64,000 nt of DNA from Desulfonatronovibrionaceae bacterium (GCA_046539845.1 JBKHGE010000006.1:1-64000); one strand, 5' to 3'; positions 50,108 to 60,650 are shown, counted from the first letter of the stretch. Program-made: numbers and translations. Notes: generated by a model from the letters alone, not told the origin.

Positions 50108-51592
50108 ATGACCATCCCGCAACACATCCGGCTTGCAGACGAGACCGGACAAACCAAGACGGTCTCCGCAGATAAAAAACATTTCCTCCTGCTCCGGGAA
50201 GGACAGGGGGATCTGTTTCTGGGACTGGGCCCGGACCCGACCACCGCCGCCGAATTGAGCCCGGACCGCGATGGGGTATATCTGGAATGCCCGCAATTCA
50301 TCTCTGCCATGCCTACAGGCTGGGAACAAAACATCCCTTCCGGACTCAGAAAAGCGACCCCGGAGGATATCCCCTCCCTTAAGCAAAAACGTATCTGGAT
50401 GTATAAGCCCGGTCTGCGCCTGTTCCCGTCCTTCTGGGCCCGAGTGCTGGCCGACCTCCGCCTTGAATCTCCCCGGCCCGGACAAGTACCGGAAAACAGG
50501 CTCATTTTTTTTGCTGCAGACAAAAACGGGCTTTTGACCCCGGAACTCTGCCGGGCGTTTAAAAAAGAAGGTATGGAGGTCTACCTCCTTCCCCCGGACA
50601 TATCCCCCCCGGATCTGGCCAATCTTTTGAACCGAGTCTCCCCCGCCCATTTCATAAGCATAAACTTCCGCGGCTTCGATCCCCTGGGAGAGAACCCGGC
50701 CCTCCTTAATAGAGCCGGGGTGCGGGCAAGCACCTGGTGCGTGGACAACCCCGGACATATCCTGACCGGGATAAAGACCCGGGCTTGGACCCAAACGAAT
50801 ATATTCGTCACCGACCATTGGTTCATACCTCGGCTAAAGGAGCTGGGGGCGAAGAGTGTTTATCACCTGCCCCTGGCAGCGGCCCCGGAACTATTCTTCC
50901 CCAAAGCACAAGTACCGGAGCATAAATTTGATTTCCTCTACGTGGGCCGCTTTAGTTTCCCGGAACAGCAAAAATTCTTCAGCGGCCTAAACCCGGAACC
51001 AAAACTGGAAAAAGAGGCGGCCCGGATTATCCAGATTGGGAAGAGACCGGATTTTGCCTGGTGGATGAACAAAACCGGGGCCAAGCTGTGGCCCGGCAGC
51101 CAGGTCCGCAAGGCCGGGGCCGGGGCGGAAGCGGGCACACGTATGTGGAGAAAGACCGTTTTGGGACACCTGGATCAAACACGGGAGCTGACAATAATCG
51201 GGGACAGGGACTGGGCCGAGCTGGATCTGTCGGGTCAACTTTTGCCCCCGGTGGACTATTACTCCCGCCTGCCGGATATGTATGCCTCAGCCGGCTGCAC
51301 CCTTAATCTGACCAACATGCTTATGCCGGCCGGACTGACTCAGCGTCACTTTGACGTGTGGGTCGCGGGCGGCTTTCTGCTCACCGACCATACCCCGGGC
51401 CTGGACATATTCCCGGAGGAGTTAACGGCTGAAAACACTTTTGACTCACTTCGTTCCCTGGACGGACTGATCAACAAGCTGCACTCCGACCCCGATCTTA
51501 AAAAAGACCTGGCCGCTGGCTTCTGCCGGGAAATAGCGGCCAAACACACCTACAGGCAGCGGGTGCAAACCATCCTGGAGCGGGCCGAATGA
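50108..51592 (+). CDS. DUF3880/CgeB-like glycosyltransferase
   Basis: W.VDNP, YHLPLAA, VDYY..LP..Y, QRHFDV...GGFLLTD and HTY..RV motifs. Confidence 0.85.
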   Translation: MTIPQHIRLADETGQTKTVSADKKHFLLLREGQGDLFLGLGPDPTTAAELSPDRDGVYLECPQFISAMPTGWEQNIPSGLRKATPEDIPSLKQKRIWMYKPGLRLFPSFWARVLADLRLESPRPGQVPENRLIFFAADKNGLLTPELCRAFKKEGMEVYLLPPDISPPDLANLLNRVSPAHFISINFRGFDPLGENPALLNRAGVRASTWCVDNPGHILTGIKTRAWTQTNIFVTDHWFIPRLKELGAKSVYHLPLAAAPELFFPKAQVPEHKFDFLYVGRFSFPEQQKFFSGLNPEPKLEKEAARIIQIGKRPDFAWWMNKTGAKLWPGSQVRKAGAGAEAGTRMWRKTVLGHLDQTRELTIIGDRDWAELDLSGQLLPPVDYYSRLPDMYASAGCTLNLTNMLMPAGLTQRHFDVWVAGGFLLTDHTPGLDIFPEELTAENTFDSLRSLDGLINKLHSDPDLKKDLAAGFCREIAAKHTYRQRVQTILERAE

Positions 51593-51770
51593 GTCCTAAC
51601 CCCGACCCATTGGACCCGGATACCCGTCCTGTTCCCGGCCTGCTTGACATACATCTGGCCGTGGCTTAACAAGTATCTGCTTTATCAGGCCGATATTCTG
51701 CGGCCGGATCAGAGCCAGATGCCGCGGCTAACGACCCGGCCAACCGCAAATCTAGGAGGAGCCGTCAAGC

Positions 51771-51989
51771 ATGGCCAAAGAAGAAGCCATTGAGGTCGAG
51801 GGAGTAATAGAAGAGGCCCTGCCCAACGCCATGTTCAGAGTCAAGCTGGACAACGGCCACGAGGTTCTGGGACACATATCCGGCAAGATGCGCAAGTACT
51901 ACATCCGCATTTTGCCCGGAGACCGGGTAAAGGTCGAACTTTCACCATACGACCTGACCCGGGGCCGGATCACATACCGCTACAAGTAA
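51771..51989 (+). CDS. infA: translation initiation factor IF-1
   Basis: [13 protein letters not shown]...HISGKMR...[15 protein letters not shown]. Confidence 0.98.
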   Translation: MAKEEAIEVEGVIEEALPNAMFRVKLDNGHEVLGHISGKMRKYYIRILPGDRVKVELSPYDLTRGRITYRYK

Positions 51990-51996
51990 ACCGTTC

Positions 51997-52863
51997 ATGC
52001 CGGAAATCGATCTGCATACCCATTCCACGGCCTCGGACGGGACATACTCTCCCAAAGAACTGGTGGAACTGGCGATCAGGAAGGGACTGCGCGCCCTTGC
52101 CCTGACCGACCATGACACAACCGCCGGACTAAACACGGCCCTTAACGCGGCCCGAAAAGGCGGCCTGGAATTCGTCCCCGGATGCGAACTGAGTGTAGTC
52201 TATCCCGGGACCATGCATATCGTCGGCCTGTGGATCCCTCCCAGAGCTCCGATCCTGAACAAGGCCTTAAACGACCTGCGCGAGAAGAGGCACAACCGTA
52301 ACCAGATCATAGTGGACAAATTGGCCTCCCTGGGCATCGACATCACCTATGACGAGGTCCGTGAACTGGCTGGAGAGGCCAGTGTGGGCCGACCTCACCT
52401 GGCCCGGGTCCTGGTCCAGAAACAGGCCGTGGACACGGTCCAGCAGGCATTTGACGATTTTTTGGGCCCAAAAGGCCAAGCCTACGTACCCAAAGAAAAA
52501 CTCACCCCGGAAAAAGGGATCGAACTTTTAAAAAAGGAAGGGGCCACAGTAATCCTGGCCCACCCCATCACCCTAGATCTGGACAAAAAAACACTGCGCC
52601 GGGAACTCACCCGCTTAAAGCAGGTCGGGCTGGACGGCATGGAAGTATACTACTCCGAGCATCCCCCGAAGCATACCGAGATGTACAGGGGACTATGCCA
52701 GGAACTGGATCTTTTGCCCAGCGGCGGGTCGGATTTCCACGGTGCGGTCAAACCGGACATCCATCTCGGCATCGGCCGGGGCAACCTAGACATCCCCTAC
52801 TCCCTACTTGAGACCATGAAAAAAAGACGCCGCGAACAGGGCCTGCCTGTTTTCGATGCCTGA
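51997..52863 (+). CDS. PHP-domain phosphoesterase (TrpH/YciV-like)
   Basis: DLHTHSTASDG, TDHD, GRPHLA, LAHP and GGSDFHG motifs. Confidence 0.92.
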   Translation: MPEIDLHTHSTASDGTYSPKELVELAIRKGLRALALTDHDTTAGLNTALNAARKGGLEFVPGCELSVVYPGTMHIVGLWIPPRAPILNKALNDLREKRHNRNQIIVDKLASLGIDITYDEVRELAGEASVGRPHLARVLVQKQAVDTVQQAFDDFLGPKGQAYVPKEKLTPEKGIELLKKEGATVILAHPITLDLDKKTLRRELTRLKQVGLDGMEVYYSEHPPKHTEMYRGLCQELDLLPSGGSDFHGAVKPDIHLGIGRGNLDIPYSLLETMKKRRREQGLPVFDA

Positions 52864-54088
52864 ACCGGAACTCCTCTGCCCGGCCGGATCCCCGGAAAAA
52901 CTGTACACCGCCCTGTGCTACGGGGCGGACGCCGTGTATATGGGAGTCCCCGGCCTGAACCTAAGGGCCCAAAGCAGTGGCTTCCCGGATCTCTTTCGGA
53001 TAAAGGAGGCCGTGGCCTTTACCCGGAAACAGGGCAAAAAGGCATACTTGTGCCTGAACATCCTGGCCCGGGAAAAGAATCTGGACCCGGCCAAGCACTG
53101 CCTGGAGGAAATGGGAAAAATCGCCCCGGACGGACTGATAATAGCTGATCCGGGCCTTCTGGACATGGCCCTGCGGATCTGTCCGCACATACCTGTCCAT
53201 TTGAGCACCCAGGCCAATGCCTCCAACAGTGCTGCGCTACATTTCTGGGAATCCGCCGGAGTCCGGCGGGTAAACCTGGCCCGGGAGATGGGCCTGAGGG
53301 ACATCCGCAGATGCGCCGAAAACTGCGGGGAATTGGAGCTGGAGGTATTCGTGCACGGGGCCATGTGCATGGCCGTGTCCGGGCGCTGCCTCATGAGCGC
53401 CTACCTGAACAAGCGCTCAGCCAATCTGGGACTGTGTACCCATCCCTGCCGCTTCGACTACCGGGCCTGTCTGCTCCTGGAGGAAAAAAAAAGACCGGGC
53501 CAAACTACCTGGACGGTTGAGGAGGATGAAAATTTCTCCCGCATCCTGGCCTCCGAAGACCTGTGTCTGATCAAATATCTAAGCTGGCTGACAAAGAAAG
53601 AAATACATGCCTTGAAGATAGAAGGTCGGATGAAGAGCATCGCCTATCTGGCCCAGGTCACTGACGCGTACAAAACCGCATTGAGAGACCTGTCCAGGAC
53701 AAATTTCCGTCCCCATCTGTATCTTGAGGAACTAAAAAAAACCGCCACCCGGCCCCTGGGCTCTGGATTCTTTCTGCCCCGGCCCAAGATTTTCGCCCGG
53801 CCCGACTCAGTTGAGTCCCGGGGAGTACTGGCCCGGATCACCGGCCAGGGCTCGGCGGACAGCTGGCCTATCCAGGCCAAGGCCCGATGGGGGGAGGGGA
53901 CAGAGGCGGAACTCCTTTTGCCCGGCCTGCTTCGGCCGTCTCTCGGAGCAGATACATACCGACTCGAGGACGAAAACGGACGGAGGGTAAAGACCGCGCA
54001 TCCGGGGATGAACATCTTCCTGCGCTCCGGGCATCCGGATCTGCGGGAGGGGATAATCCTGCGCAAAAGACACCCGGAAGCAAAATAG
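52856..54088 (+). CDS. U32 peptidase-family Fe-S protein (TrhP/YegQ-like tRNA hydroxylase)
   Basis: PELL.PAG, GADAVY, HLSTQAN, EVFVHGAMC.A.SGRC, C...CR and LKIEGRMK motifs. Confidence 0.9.
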   Translation: MPEPELLCPAGSPEKLYTALCYGADAVYMGVPGLNLRAQSSGFPDLFRIKEAVAFTRKQGKKAYLCLNILAREKNLDPAKHCLEEMGKIAPDGLIIADPGLLDMALRICPHIPVHLSTQANASNSAALHFWESAGVRRVNLAREMGLRDIRRCAENCGELELEVFVHGAMCMAVSGRCLMSAYLNKRSANLGLCTHPCRFDYRACLLLEEKKRPGQTTWTVEEDENFSRILASEDLCLIKYLSWLTKKEIHALKIEGRMKSIAYLAQVTDAYKTALRDLSRTNFRPHLYLEELKKTATRPLGSGFFLPRPKIFARPDSVESRGVLARITGQGSADSWPIQAKARWGEGTEAELLLPGLLRPSLGADTYRLEDENGRRVKTAHPGMNIFLRSGHPDLREGIILRKRHPEAK

Positions 54089-54221
54089 CCCGGGCCAGGC
54101 AAGGCCAAAAGCCCCCGGCTTTAACCGCCTATAAAAATTTATAGTTCCTCGACAAACCTTATCGGTTTTTGCCGCAACCCAGCCACCAAGAGATTACCAG
54201 GCTGAGCAGGCCGTCAAGAGA

Positions 54222-55373
54222 TCAATCCCGGCTGTGCAGGCGGTTCAAAAATTGCGCAGCAGTTATCCCGGCTTCTTTGGCCTTTTTTATGACCTCATCC
54301 ATTTCCGGGCGCCAAAATTTTTTCCCATACAAAAAAAAGGCCTTGCCCGGCAGTCTTCCCCAAAAGGTATGCCGGGTCTGCGGCCGGCGCTCAAGTGTGC
54401 TGCGCCGGACCAGATCCTCCCTTATCCCTAGAGTCAAGCTGTGCTGAAAAAAGGCCTGTCTTACCCGGTCCAGGTCCCGGGGGGCGCTAAGCACCTTGAG
54501 TACCCCGCCTGGCCGGTTTTTTTTCATTGTCCCCGGCAAATAGACAACATCCAGGGCCCCGCAGGCCTGCATCTCCTGGATAAAGACTCCTATCTCCTCC
54601 CCGCTTAAGTGATCCACGTTGGATTCCAAGACCCATACCCAGTCCGAGCCCCTTTCATCCGGGGTGAACACAAAGAGCCGCAGACCATTGAAGCCCTTGC
54701 TTGTTGCCCCGAATCCGGTGCCGCTTGCCCTGAGCCGGCCCTGGGGAGAGGAAAACCCGTCCACCAGCCTATCCACCAGCAGGGCGCCGGTCGGGGTAAC
54801 CGCCTCAAAGTTGATCCACGAAGGCATAACCGGCTTATCCCGCATGAGTTCGACCGTGGCCGGGGCGGGAAGGGGAAGGACCCCGTGCTCACACTCCACC
54901 CGGCCGCTGAACCACGGCAAAGCAGAGCAAAGCACTTCTTTTGCTCCGAGTTCCCGGACCGCCCAGAAGGCGCCGAATACGTCCACGATCGTGTCCACCG
55001 CGCCTGTCTCGTGGAAATGCACTTTGGACTCCGGGACCCCGTGCACCTCTGCCTCCGCCCGGGCCAATCGCCTGAAGGCCTCTATTGTTTTTTGTTTGAC
55101 CCCGGACGTATAGTCCAGGTCGGCCACCAGCCCCTCTATCTCCGGCAGATGGCGCAGGGGCTGGGCCTCACCGGTCAAGACCTGGACACGGTTCCCGCCG
55201 ATCCCGCTTCTCTTCTCCTGGGTGAGCTTTAGGCGCACATCCAGGCCAGCCGAAACAAACACCTCTTGCAGGGCCTGAAGATCCACCCCCAGTCCGGCGG
55301 CCGCAGCCAAAAACATATCCCCACTGATACCGTTCGTGCAATCCATATACAGGCTGACAGCCATTATAATCAC
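54222..55373 (-). CDS. larC: LarC-family nickel insertion protein
   Basis: DC..GISGDM, LA.AEA.VHG, VHFHE.GAVD.IVD, HG.LP.PAPAT, TPTGA, MKKNRPG and TLGIR motifs. Confidence 0.9.
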   Translation of the reverse strand: MIIMAVSLYMDCTNGISGDMFLAAAAGLGVDLQALQEVFVSAGLDVRLKLTQEKRSGIGGNRVQVLTGEAQPLRHLPEIEGLVADLDYTSGVKQKTIEAFRRLARAEAEVHGVPESKVHFHETGAVDTIVDVFGAFWAVRELGAKEVLCSALPWFSGRVECEHGVLPLPAPATVELMRDKPVMPSWINFEAVTPTGALLVDRLVDGFSSPQGRLRASGTGFGATSKGFNGLRLFVFTPDERGSDWVWVLESNVDHLSGEEIGVFIQEMQACGALDVVYLPGTMKKNRPGGVLKVLSAPRDLDRVRQAFFQHSLTLGIREDLVRRSTLERRPQTRHTFWGRLPGKAFFLYGKKFWRPEMDEVIKKAKEAGITAAQFLNRLHSRD

Positions 55374-55558
55374 CTTTTAAGTGTATAAATCCTTAGATCG
55401 TTTTGCAAAAGATCCTCTCCTTTGCCCGGGATCACCGGGGGGGGAATTGTAACGCAGCAAAAAAACCTGCAGCGACCGACCCTTGCCAGACAAAAGCAAA
55501 AAAGTTATATATAGTCTGCAAGGACTGAAAGGATCCAAACCGGGAAAAGGGGCGGCAT

Positions 55559-55939
55559 ATGAATTATTCAGCAAACGTCAGCGCTCTCAGGGCGGCTTCG
55601 CTCTCGCAGCAGATAACCGCCAATGACGTGGCCAACATAAATACCAATGAATACCGCTCCAAGAGGCTGGACCTGGAAAGCGGCCCCGAAGGCCGCGGGG
55701 TCAGACCGGCTGCTGTGCGGGAGAACACCTCCCCGGGCCCGAGTGTGGAGGAGCTGCAGACCTATGAGGACGAGCAGGGCCGCGTCAGACAGAGACAGGC
55801 CCGGGTCGAGGGCAGCAACACGGACTTGGCCGAGGAAACCGTGCAGATGATCGAGGACGAGGTCTACATGCAATCCAATGCCGAGGCCATAGCCGCCCAT
55901 CACCGGGCCACGGGCAACGTCCTGGACATCCTGGTCTGA
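55559..55939 (+). CDS. small flagellar basal-body rod/hook-terminal domain protein
   Basis: TANDVANINT N-terminal motif and SNTDLAEE C-terminal rod motif. 126 aa, standalone. Confidence 0.8.
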   Translation: MNYSANVSALRAASLSQQITANDVANINTNEYRSKRLDLESGPEGRGVRPAAVRENTSPGPSVEELQTYEDEQGRVRQRQARVEGSNTDLAEETVQMIEDEVYMQSNAEAIAAHHRATGNVLDILV

Positions 55940-55972
55940 TCATTCGGCGCATCGCCGCTCCCTCGGGAGCGA

Positions 55973-56311
55973 TCAGAAAGTGGTTCCGTTTACCCCCCAC
56001 ATCTTTCTGTCCACGCTCTCAAACACTATATATATCCGGTCCAGGGGCACATCCAGGCTACGCGCGGCTAGCCCGCAGAGTTCAGCGGACAAGTCCCCGG
56101 TCAAGGACCGGTCCAAATCTATACCTTTGAGCTTCATGTATACCGAGGTCTTACGGCTGCCGGCAAAAAGCATGCTCGTCTCGTCCTCCAGGACCACCAT
56201 CATCGACTCCCTGGGCTTTCCCAGGACTGAGCAGACCACATCCGAGACCCCGGCCATAAACTCATTCTGGCCGCTCACCCGATGATTGGTCTTGATCTGC
56301 AAGCAGGGCAT
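55973..56311 (-). CDS. MIF / phenylpyruvate tautomerase family protein
   Basis: M-P start (catalytic Pro1), I.TN, LGKP, M.FAGS, RIYI.F and WG.NG.TF motifs. GAGGAG RBS. Confidence 0.9.
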   Translation of the reverse strand: MPCLQIKTNHRVSGQNEFMAGVSDVVCSVLGKPRESMMVVLEDETSMLFAGSRKTSVYMKLKGIDLDRSLTGDLSAELCGLAARSLDVPLDRIYIVFESVDRKMWGVNGTTF

Positions 56312-56494
56312 AAACTCCTCCTGATTAAGTTTGCCGCCGGCCGGTCCGGCAAGCCGACCCATCAGACCGATCGGCAAAAAAACCGGGCCTGCTCCGAATC
56401 AGCCGCCGTTTTAACCGCCTCACTTTCTCCGCCTTCTGGCGCTGAATCAAGTCTTCCAGCTTTCGGCCAATAAACCCTTTTCTACTGGCCTCGC

Positions 56495-58153
56495 TCAAAC
56501 CACTGCCACCAGCGGGAAAACCATGGGGTCGCGCTCCAGGATCTTGCGGAAGAAGCGGCGCAGGGCGGAGCGGATCCTGTCCTCCATCTTTACCGGCTCA
56601 TCATGCGGGATGTTGTTGAACACATCCAAAACTATACCTCTGGCCTCTTCCAGGACATGCGCATACCTCTGTTCAAAGATAAACCCCTTGGAGGCCAGTT
56701 CCGGGCCCAAGATGAGCTCCCCGCTGTCCTTGTCTATAACCAGAGAGACGATCACCAGCCCCTCCTCGCCCAAATTCTGTCGCTCCCGCAGAACCGCCTG
56801 GCCTACGTCTCCGACTCCCTTGCCGTCCACCAGGACCGACTCGGTATTCACGGCCTCCTCAAAGCGGACCCCGGATTCGGAAAGGGTAAACGACTGTCCG
56901 TCCTCCAGGACCAGAGAGCGTTCCGGGGCCACTCCGCATTCCACGGCTAGGCGGGAGTGTTTCAAAAGGTGCCTGTATTCCCCGTGCACGGGCAAGAAGA
57001 ATTTGGGCCGGACCGTGTGCAGCATCAGTTTGAGTTCCTCGCGATGGGCATGGCCCGAGGCATGGATGGCCCGGACCTTTTCGTAAAACACCTCTGCCCC
57101 GAGGCGATACAGATTGTTTATGACTTTGGTAATGGCCTTGGTGTTCCCGGGGATGAACCTAGAGGACATGATCACCGTGTCCCCGGGATGGATCTTTATC
57201 TGACGGTGCTCGCCCAGAGCCACCCGGGTCAAGGCGGAGAGGGGTTCGCCCTGGGACCCGGTAAGCAAGAGCACTATCTGGGAATCCTTATATTTTTGCA
57301 GATTCTCCAGATGGACAAAGTTTTCCTCCGAGTACTCCACAAAGCCCAGTCTGCGGGCCACTTCAATATTCCGGATCAGGCTCCGGCCGCTTACAGCCAC
57401 CTTGCGGCCGCTGTTCAAGGCCAAATCGAATATCTCCTGCATGCGCTGGATGTGACTGGAGAACAGAGTAATCAGGATGCGGCCTTCGGCCTGATCAAAA
57501 ATGGACTTCAAAGAGTCCTTAATTTCCTTTTCGGTCAGGGCATACCCTTCCCGTTCCACATTCGTGGAGTCGGACATGAGCAAAGTCACCCCAGAAGAGG
57601 AGAAATCGGAAATGGCCTGCATATCGGTGGAGTGACCCCCGAGCGGATTGCGGTCAATCTTGAAGTCCCCGCTGTGCACTATCCGGCCCGCCGGGGTGTC
57701 TATACCCAATCCGTAGCCCTGGATAATGGAATGGCAGGCCGGGAAAAAGGCAAAGGAGAAATCCTTCAGATTGAGTCTCTTATCCGGAGACACCGGGCGT
57801 AGGGACACATGCTCCGCGAGATTGTACTCGGTAAGTTTGTTTCTGACCAGCCCCAGGGTGAATTCCGAGCTGTACACCGGGACATTCAGCTCGGGCAGAA
57901 GCCAGGGCAGTGCCCCGATGTGGTCCTCATGCCCGTGGGTCAAAACCACTCCCTGCAGTTTGTCTTTGCGCTCGAATATATAGTCCAGCCTGGGGATGAC
58001 CACATCCACGCCCAGATGGAAATCATCCGGGAACATAAGGCCGCAATCGATCACCACCATCGAGTCCTCGGTCTCCATGACCGTACAGTTCATCCCGATC
58101 TCGCCCAGGCCTCCGAGCGGGGTTATGCGTACTTCTTTTATTGCCTCCGCCAT
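56495..58153 (-). CDS. rnj: ribonuclease J
   Basis: PLGGLGEIGMN, THGHEDHIG, GDFK, DSTN, TGSQGEP, HASGH and PVHGEYR motifs. Confidence 0.97.
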   Translation of the reverse strand: MAEAIKEVRITPLGGLGEIGMNCTVMETEDSMVVIDCGLMFPDDFHLGVDVVIPRLDYIFERKDKLQGVVLTHGHEDHIGALPWLLPELNVPVYSSEFTLGLVRNKLTEYNLAEHVSLRPVSPDKRLNLKDFSFAFFPACHSIIQGYGLGIDTPAGRIVHSGDFKIDRNPLGGHSTDMQAISDFSSSGVTLLMSDSTNVEREGYALTEKEIKDSLKSIFDQAEGRILITLFSSHIQRMQEIFDLALNSGRKVAVSGRSLIRNIEVARRLGFVEYSEENFVHLENLQKYKDSQIVLLLTGSQGEPLSALTRVALGEHRQIKIHPGDTVIMSSRFIPGNTKAITKVINNLYRLGAEVFYEKVRAIHASGHAHREELKLMLHTVRPKFFLPVHGEYRHLLKHSRLAVECGVAPERSLVLEDGQSFTLSESGVRFEEAVNTESVLVDGKGVGDVGQAVLRERQNLGEEGLVIVSLVIDKDSGELILGPELASKGFIFEQRYAHVLEEARGIVLDVFNNIPHDEPVKMEDRIRSALRRFFRKILERDPMVFPLVAVV

Positions 58154-58535
58154 AATTTAACGCTCCAAAGTTTTATCTACCCAATTCCAACTCGCTTCCC
58201 TGCGGCCCGAAGCAAAACCTTGCCCCCAAAAGGGCCCCAGGACCATTGTATGCAATAAGACCCGGATCACGGCTTACATCCTGCCCCGTCCGGATCCCTT
58301 AAATCCTTATCTTGCCTGTCTGTCCGGCAGCAAATACCCGTTTGGTACCAGGCGGCCCCATCCGGGTGTCTGCCGGGCCTTGTATCAGACCCTGTATAGA
58401 ATGTTCCGCCCAAATGAGCAAGGGCGGGGTCAAAGCGGGACCAAAAGCCCGGTCGGAAAATATTCCGCGGGCAGTCCTTTTTCCGGCCCGATCAATCCTT
58501 GGGGTCATACATCCAAGTCTACTCCGGGCGGTCCA

Positions 58536-58569
58536 GACAAAAAGGGCCCCGAACGGGGCCCTTTTTGTC
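58536..58569 (-). terminator. Rho-independent terminator after fusA2
   Basis: Perfect 15-bp IR GACAAAAAGGGCCCC-gaac-GGGGCCCTTTTTGTC. Confidence 0.88.
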
Positions 58570-58586
58570 CAGGAAAAACCGCTTTC

Positions 58587-60650
58587 CTAATTCACAGCTT
58601 CCGCCCGGCTCTCCTCAATAACCTTTTCCGCCTCCTGGGGCGGGCATTCTTCATAATGGTCGAATTCCATGGTAAACGTACCCTGGCCACCGGTCATGGA
58701 ACGCAGGTCCTGCGCGTACTGAAGCATCTCAGCCATGGGCACCTGGGCGTGGATCTCGGTTATCCCGGAATTGGAGTCAGAGCCCTGGACCCGGCCGCGC
58801 CGGCTGGAGATATCCCCGATCACGTCCCCCATATAATCATCCGGGACATACACAGTTACATGCATAATCGGCTCCAAAAGAACAAGCTTGCATTTCTCCA
58901 CCGCCTTTTTAAAGGCCATGGACCCGGCAATCTTGAAGGCCATCTCCGAGGAATCCACACTGTGATAGGACCCGTCGTACAGGGTGACCTTAAAGTCCAC
59001 CACCGGATAGCCAGCCAAAACTCCTTTTTTCGCAGCCTCCTGAATACCCTTGTCCACCGCCGGGATATACTGTTTGGGGATCACCCCGCCGACAATGGAA
59101 TTCTCGAACTCGTATCCCTCTCCTCTGCCCAAAGGCTCCAGCTTTATCCAACAGTCCCCGAACTGCCCACGGCCTCCGGTCTGCTTTTTGTACCTGCCCT
59201 GTACATCCGCTTTGCCTTTTATGGTCTCCTTGTACGGGATCTTCGGAGTCTTCAGGTCTATGCCCACTTTGTATCTACGCTTGACCTTTTCCACGGCCAT
59301 CTCGATGTGCAGCTGCCCCATCCCGGACAAAAGCATGTCCCCGGTATCCTCGTTGCGGGTCAGATTCAGGCTCACGTCCTCAGTCAAAAGCCTCTGCACC
59401 GCGGAAAAGACCTTGTCCTCTTCGCCCTTTTCCGAGGCACTCAGGGCATAGGAAAGGATGTTCGGGGGCAAATCCCGAGGAACAAACACAAACGGTTCCT
59501 TCTCCGCGCACAGGGTGTCCCCGGTGCGCACATCCTTGAGCTTGGGCACGGCCACAACAGCCCCCGGACCCAGCTTCTCCTTGGTGGCCACCTGTTTCTT
59601 GCCCTCAAGCAGCAGAAGCTGGCCCAGCTTCTCCTTGGAATCCCGGCGCGGGTTGGCCGCGGTCATATCCGGCTCAACCGCGCCGGACATAACCCGCATC
59701 ACAGTCAGCTGCCCGGAAAAGGGATCAACAATGGTCTTGAACACAAACCCGGCAAAGGGCTCCTCAAAAGAGGAAGCGCGGCTTTTGCCCTCTTCGCCCT
59801 CCCAGTCTGGATGCTCCAGGGGAGAGGGGAGAAGCTCCTGTACCGCCTCCAGAAGGAGCTCGCCGCCTTTGTTCTCCAGGGCAGATCCGACGCAGACCGG
59901 GACCAGCTCCCCGCTTTTTACACCCAGGGAAAGCCCCTTATAAATTTCCTCCGGGCTCAGCTCCCCCTCTTCCAAATATTTTTCCATCAAAGCCTCGTCG
60001 CTTTCGGCAATATTCTCAATGGTTGTCTCCCGGAGTTCGGCGGCCCTGTCCGCAAGCTCGGCCGGGATATCTCCCTCCGTGACCTTGCCGTTTGGCTCAA
60101 AATAATAGGCCTTGCCCTCCAGGACATTGACCACGCCCTTGAAATTCGCCTCCTGACCTATGGGCAAAGCCATAAGCACTGGCCTTATCCCCAGGATATC
60201 CACAAGCCCTTTGTAGGCGGCGTCAAAATCCGCCCTTTCCCGATCCAGCTTGTTAATAAACACCACACACGGGAGTCGGGCCTCTCTGACCTCGGACCAG
60301 GTCTTTTTGGTCAGCGGCTTGACCCCGTCCACTGCGTCCAGGACAAAGACCGCCCCGTCCACTGCTGCCAGCTGATAGGGCAAATCACCGATAAAATTGT
60401 TGTCCCCAGGCAGATCTATTAAAAAATGCTGGTTTTTCTTCCATTGGTAGTTGGCAAAACCAGGCTGGATGCTGCCGCGTCTCTTGATCTCCTCCGGCTC
60501 GTAATCCAGAGTGGTGGTCCCGTCTTCGATATTGCCTAACCGCTTGTTCTTTCCGGAGTTGAAAAGAATCATCTCGGCCACGGATGTCTTGCCGGTCCCG
60601 CCATGCCCCACCAGGGCGTAGGTCCTTTGAGTGGATAGTTTGTCCAGCAT
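58587..60650 (-). CDS. fusA: elongation factor G paralogue (EF-G2 type)
   Basis: GHGGTGKTS, NKLD, GMGQLH, KKQTGGRGQF, DGSYH.VDSSEMAF and LRSMTGG motifs. Divergent G1/switch motifs. Not in the str operon. Confidence 0.93.
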   Translation of the reverse strand: MLDKLSTQRTYALVGHGGTGKTSVAEMILFNSGKNKRLGNIEDGTTTLDYEPEEIKRRGSIQPGFANYQWKKNQHFLIDLPGDNNFIGDLPYQLAAVDGAVFVLDAVDGVKPLTKKTWSEVREARLPCVVFINKLDRERADFDAAYKGLVDILGIRPVLMALPIGQEANFKGVVNVLEGKAYYFEPNGKVTEGDIPAELADRAAELRETTIENIAESDEALMEKYLEEGELSPEEIYKGLSLGVKSGELVPVCVGSALENKGGELLLEAVQELLPSPLEHPDWEGEEGKSRASSFEEPFAGFVFKTIVDPFSGQLTVMRVMSGAVEPDMTAANPRRDSKEKLGQLLLLEGKKQVATKEKLGPGAVVAVPKLKDVRTGDTLCAEKEPFVFVPRDLPPNILSYALSASEKGEEDKVFSAVQRLLTEDVSLNLTRNEDTGDMLLSGMGQLHIEMAVEKVKRRYKVGIDLKTPKIPYKETIKGKADVQGRYKKQTGGRGQFGDCWIKLEPLGRGEGYEFENSIVGGVIPKQYIPAVDKGIQEAAKKGVLAGYPVVDFKVTLYDGSYHSVDSSEMAFKIAGSMAFKKAVEKCKLVLLEPIMHVTVYVPDDYMGDVIGDISSRRGRVQGSDSNSGITEIHAQVPMAEMLQYAQDLRSMTGGQGTFTMEFDHYEECPPQEAEKVIEESRAEAVN

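Noticed and set aside
58154..58535. Small RNA or ORF in the 380-nt rnj-fusA2 gap
   Set aside because: The short ORFs have no RBS or motif support and no known RNA family was recognised.
58380..60422. 680-aa plus-strand ORF
   Set aside because: Antisense shadow of the EF-G paralogue with no recognisable motifs; typical of GC-rich codon bias.
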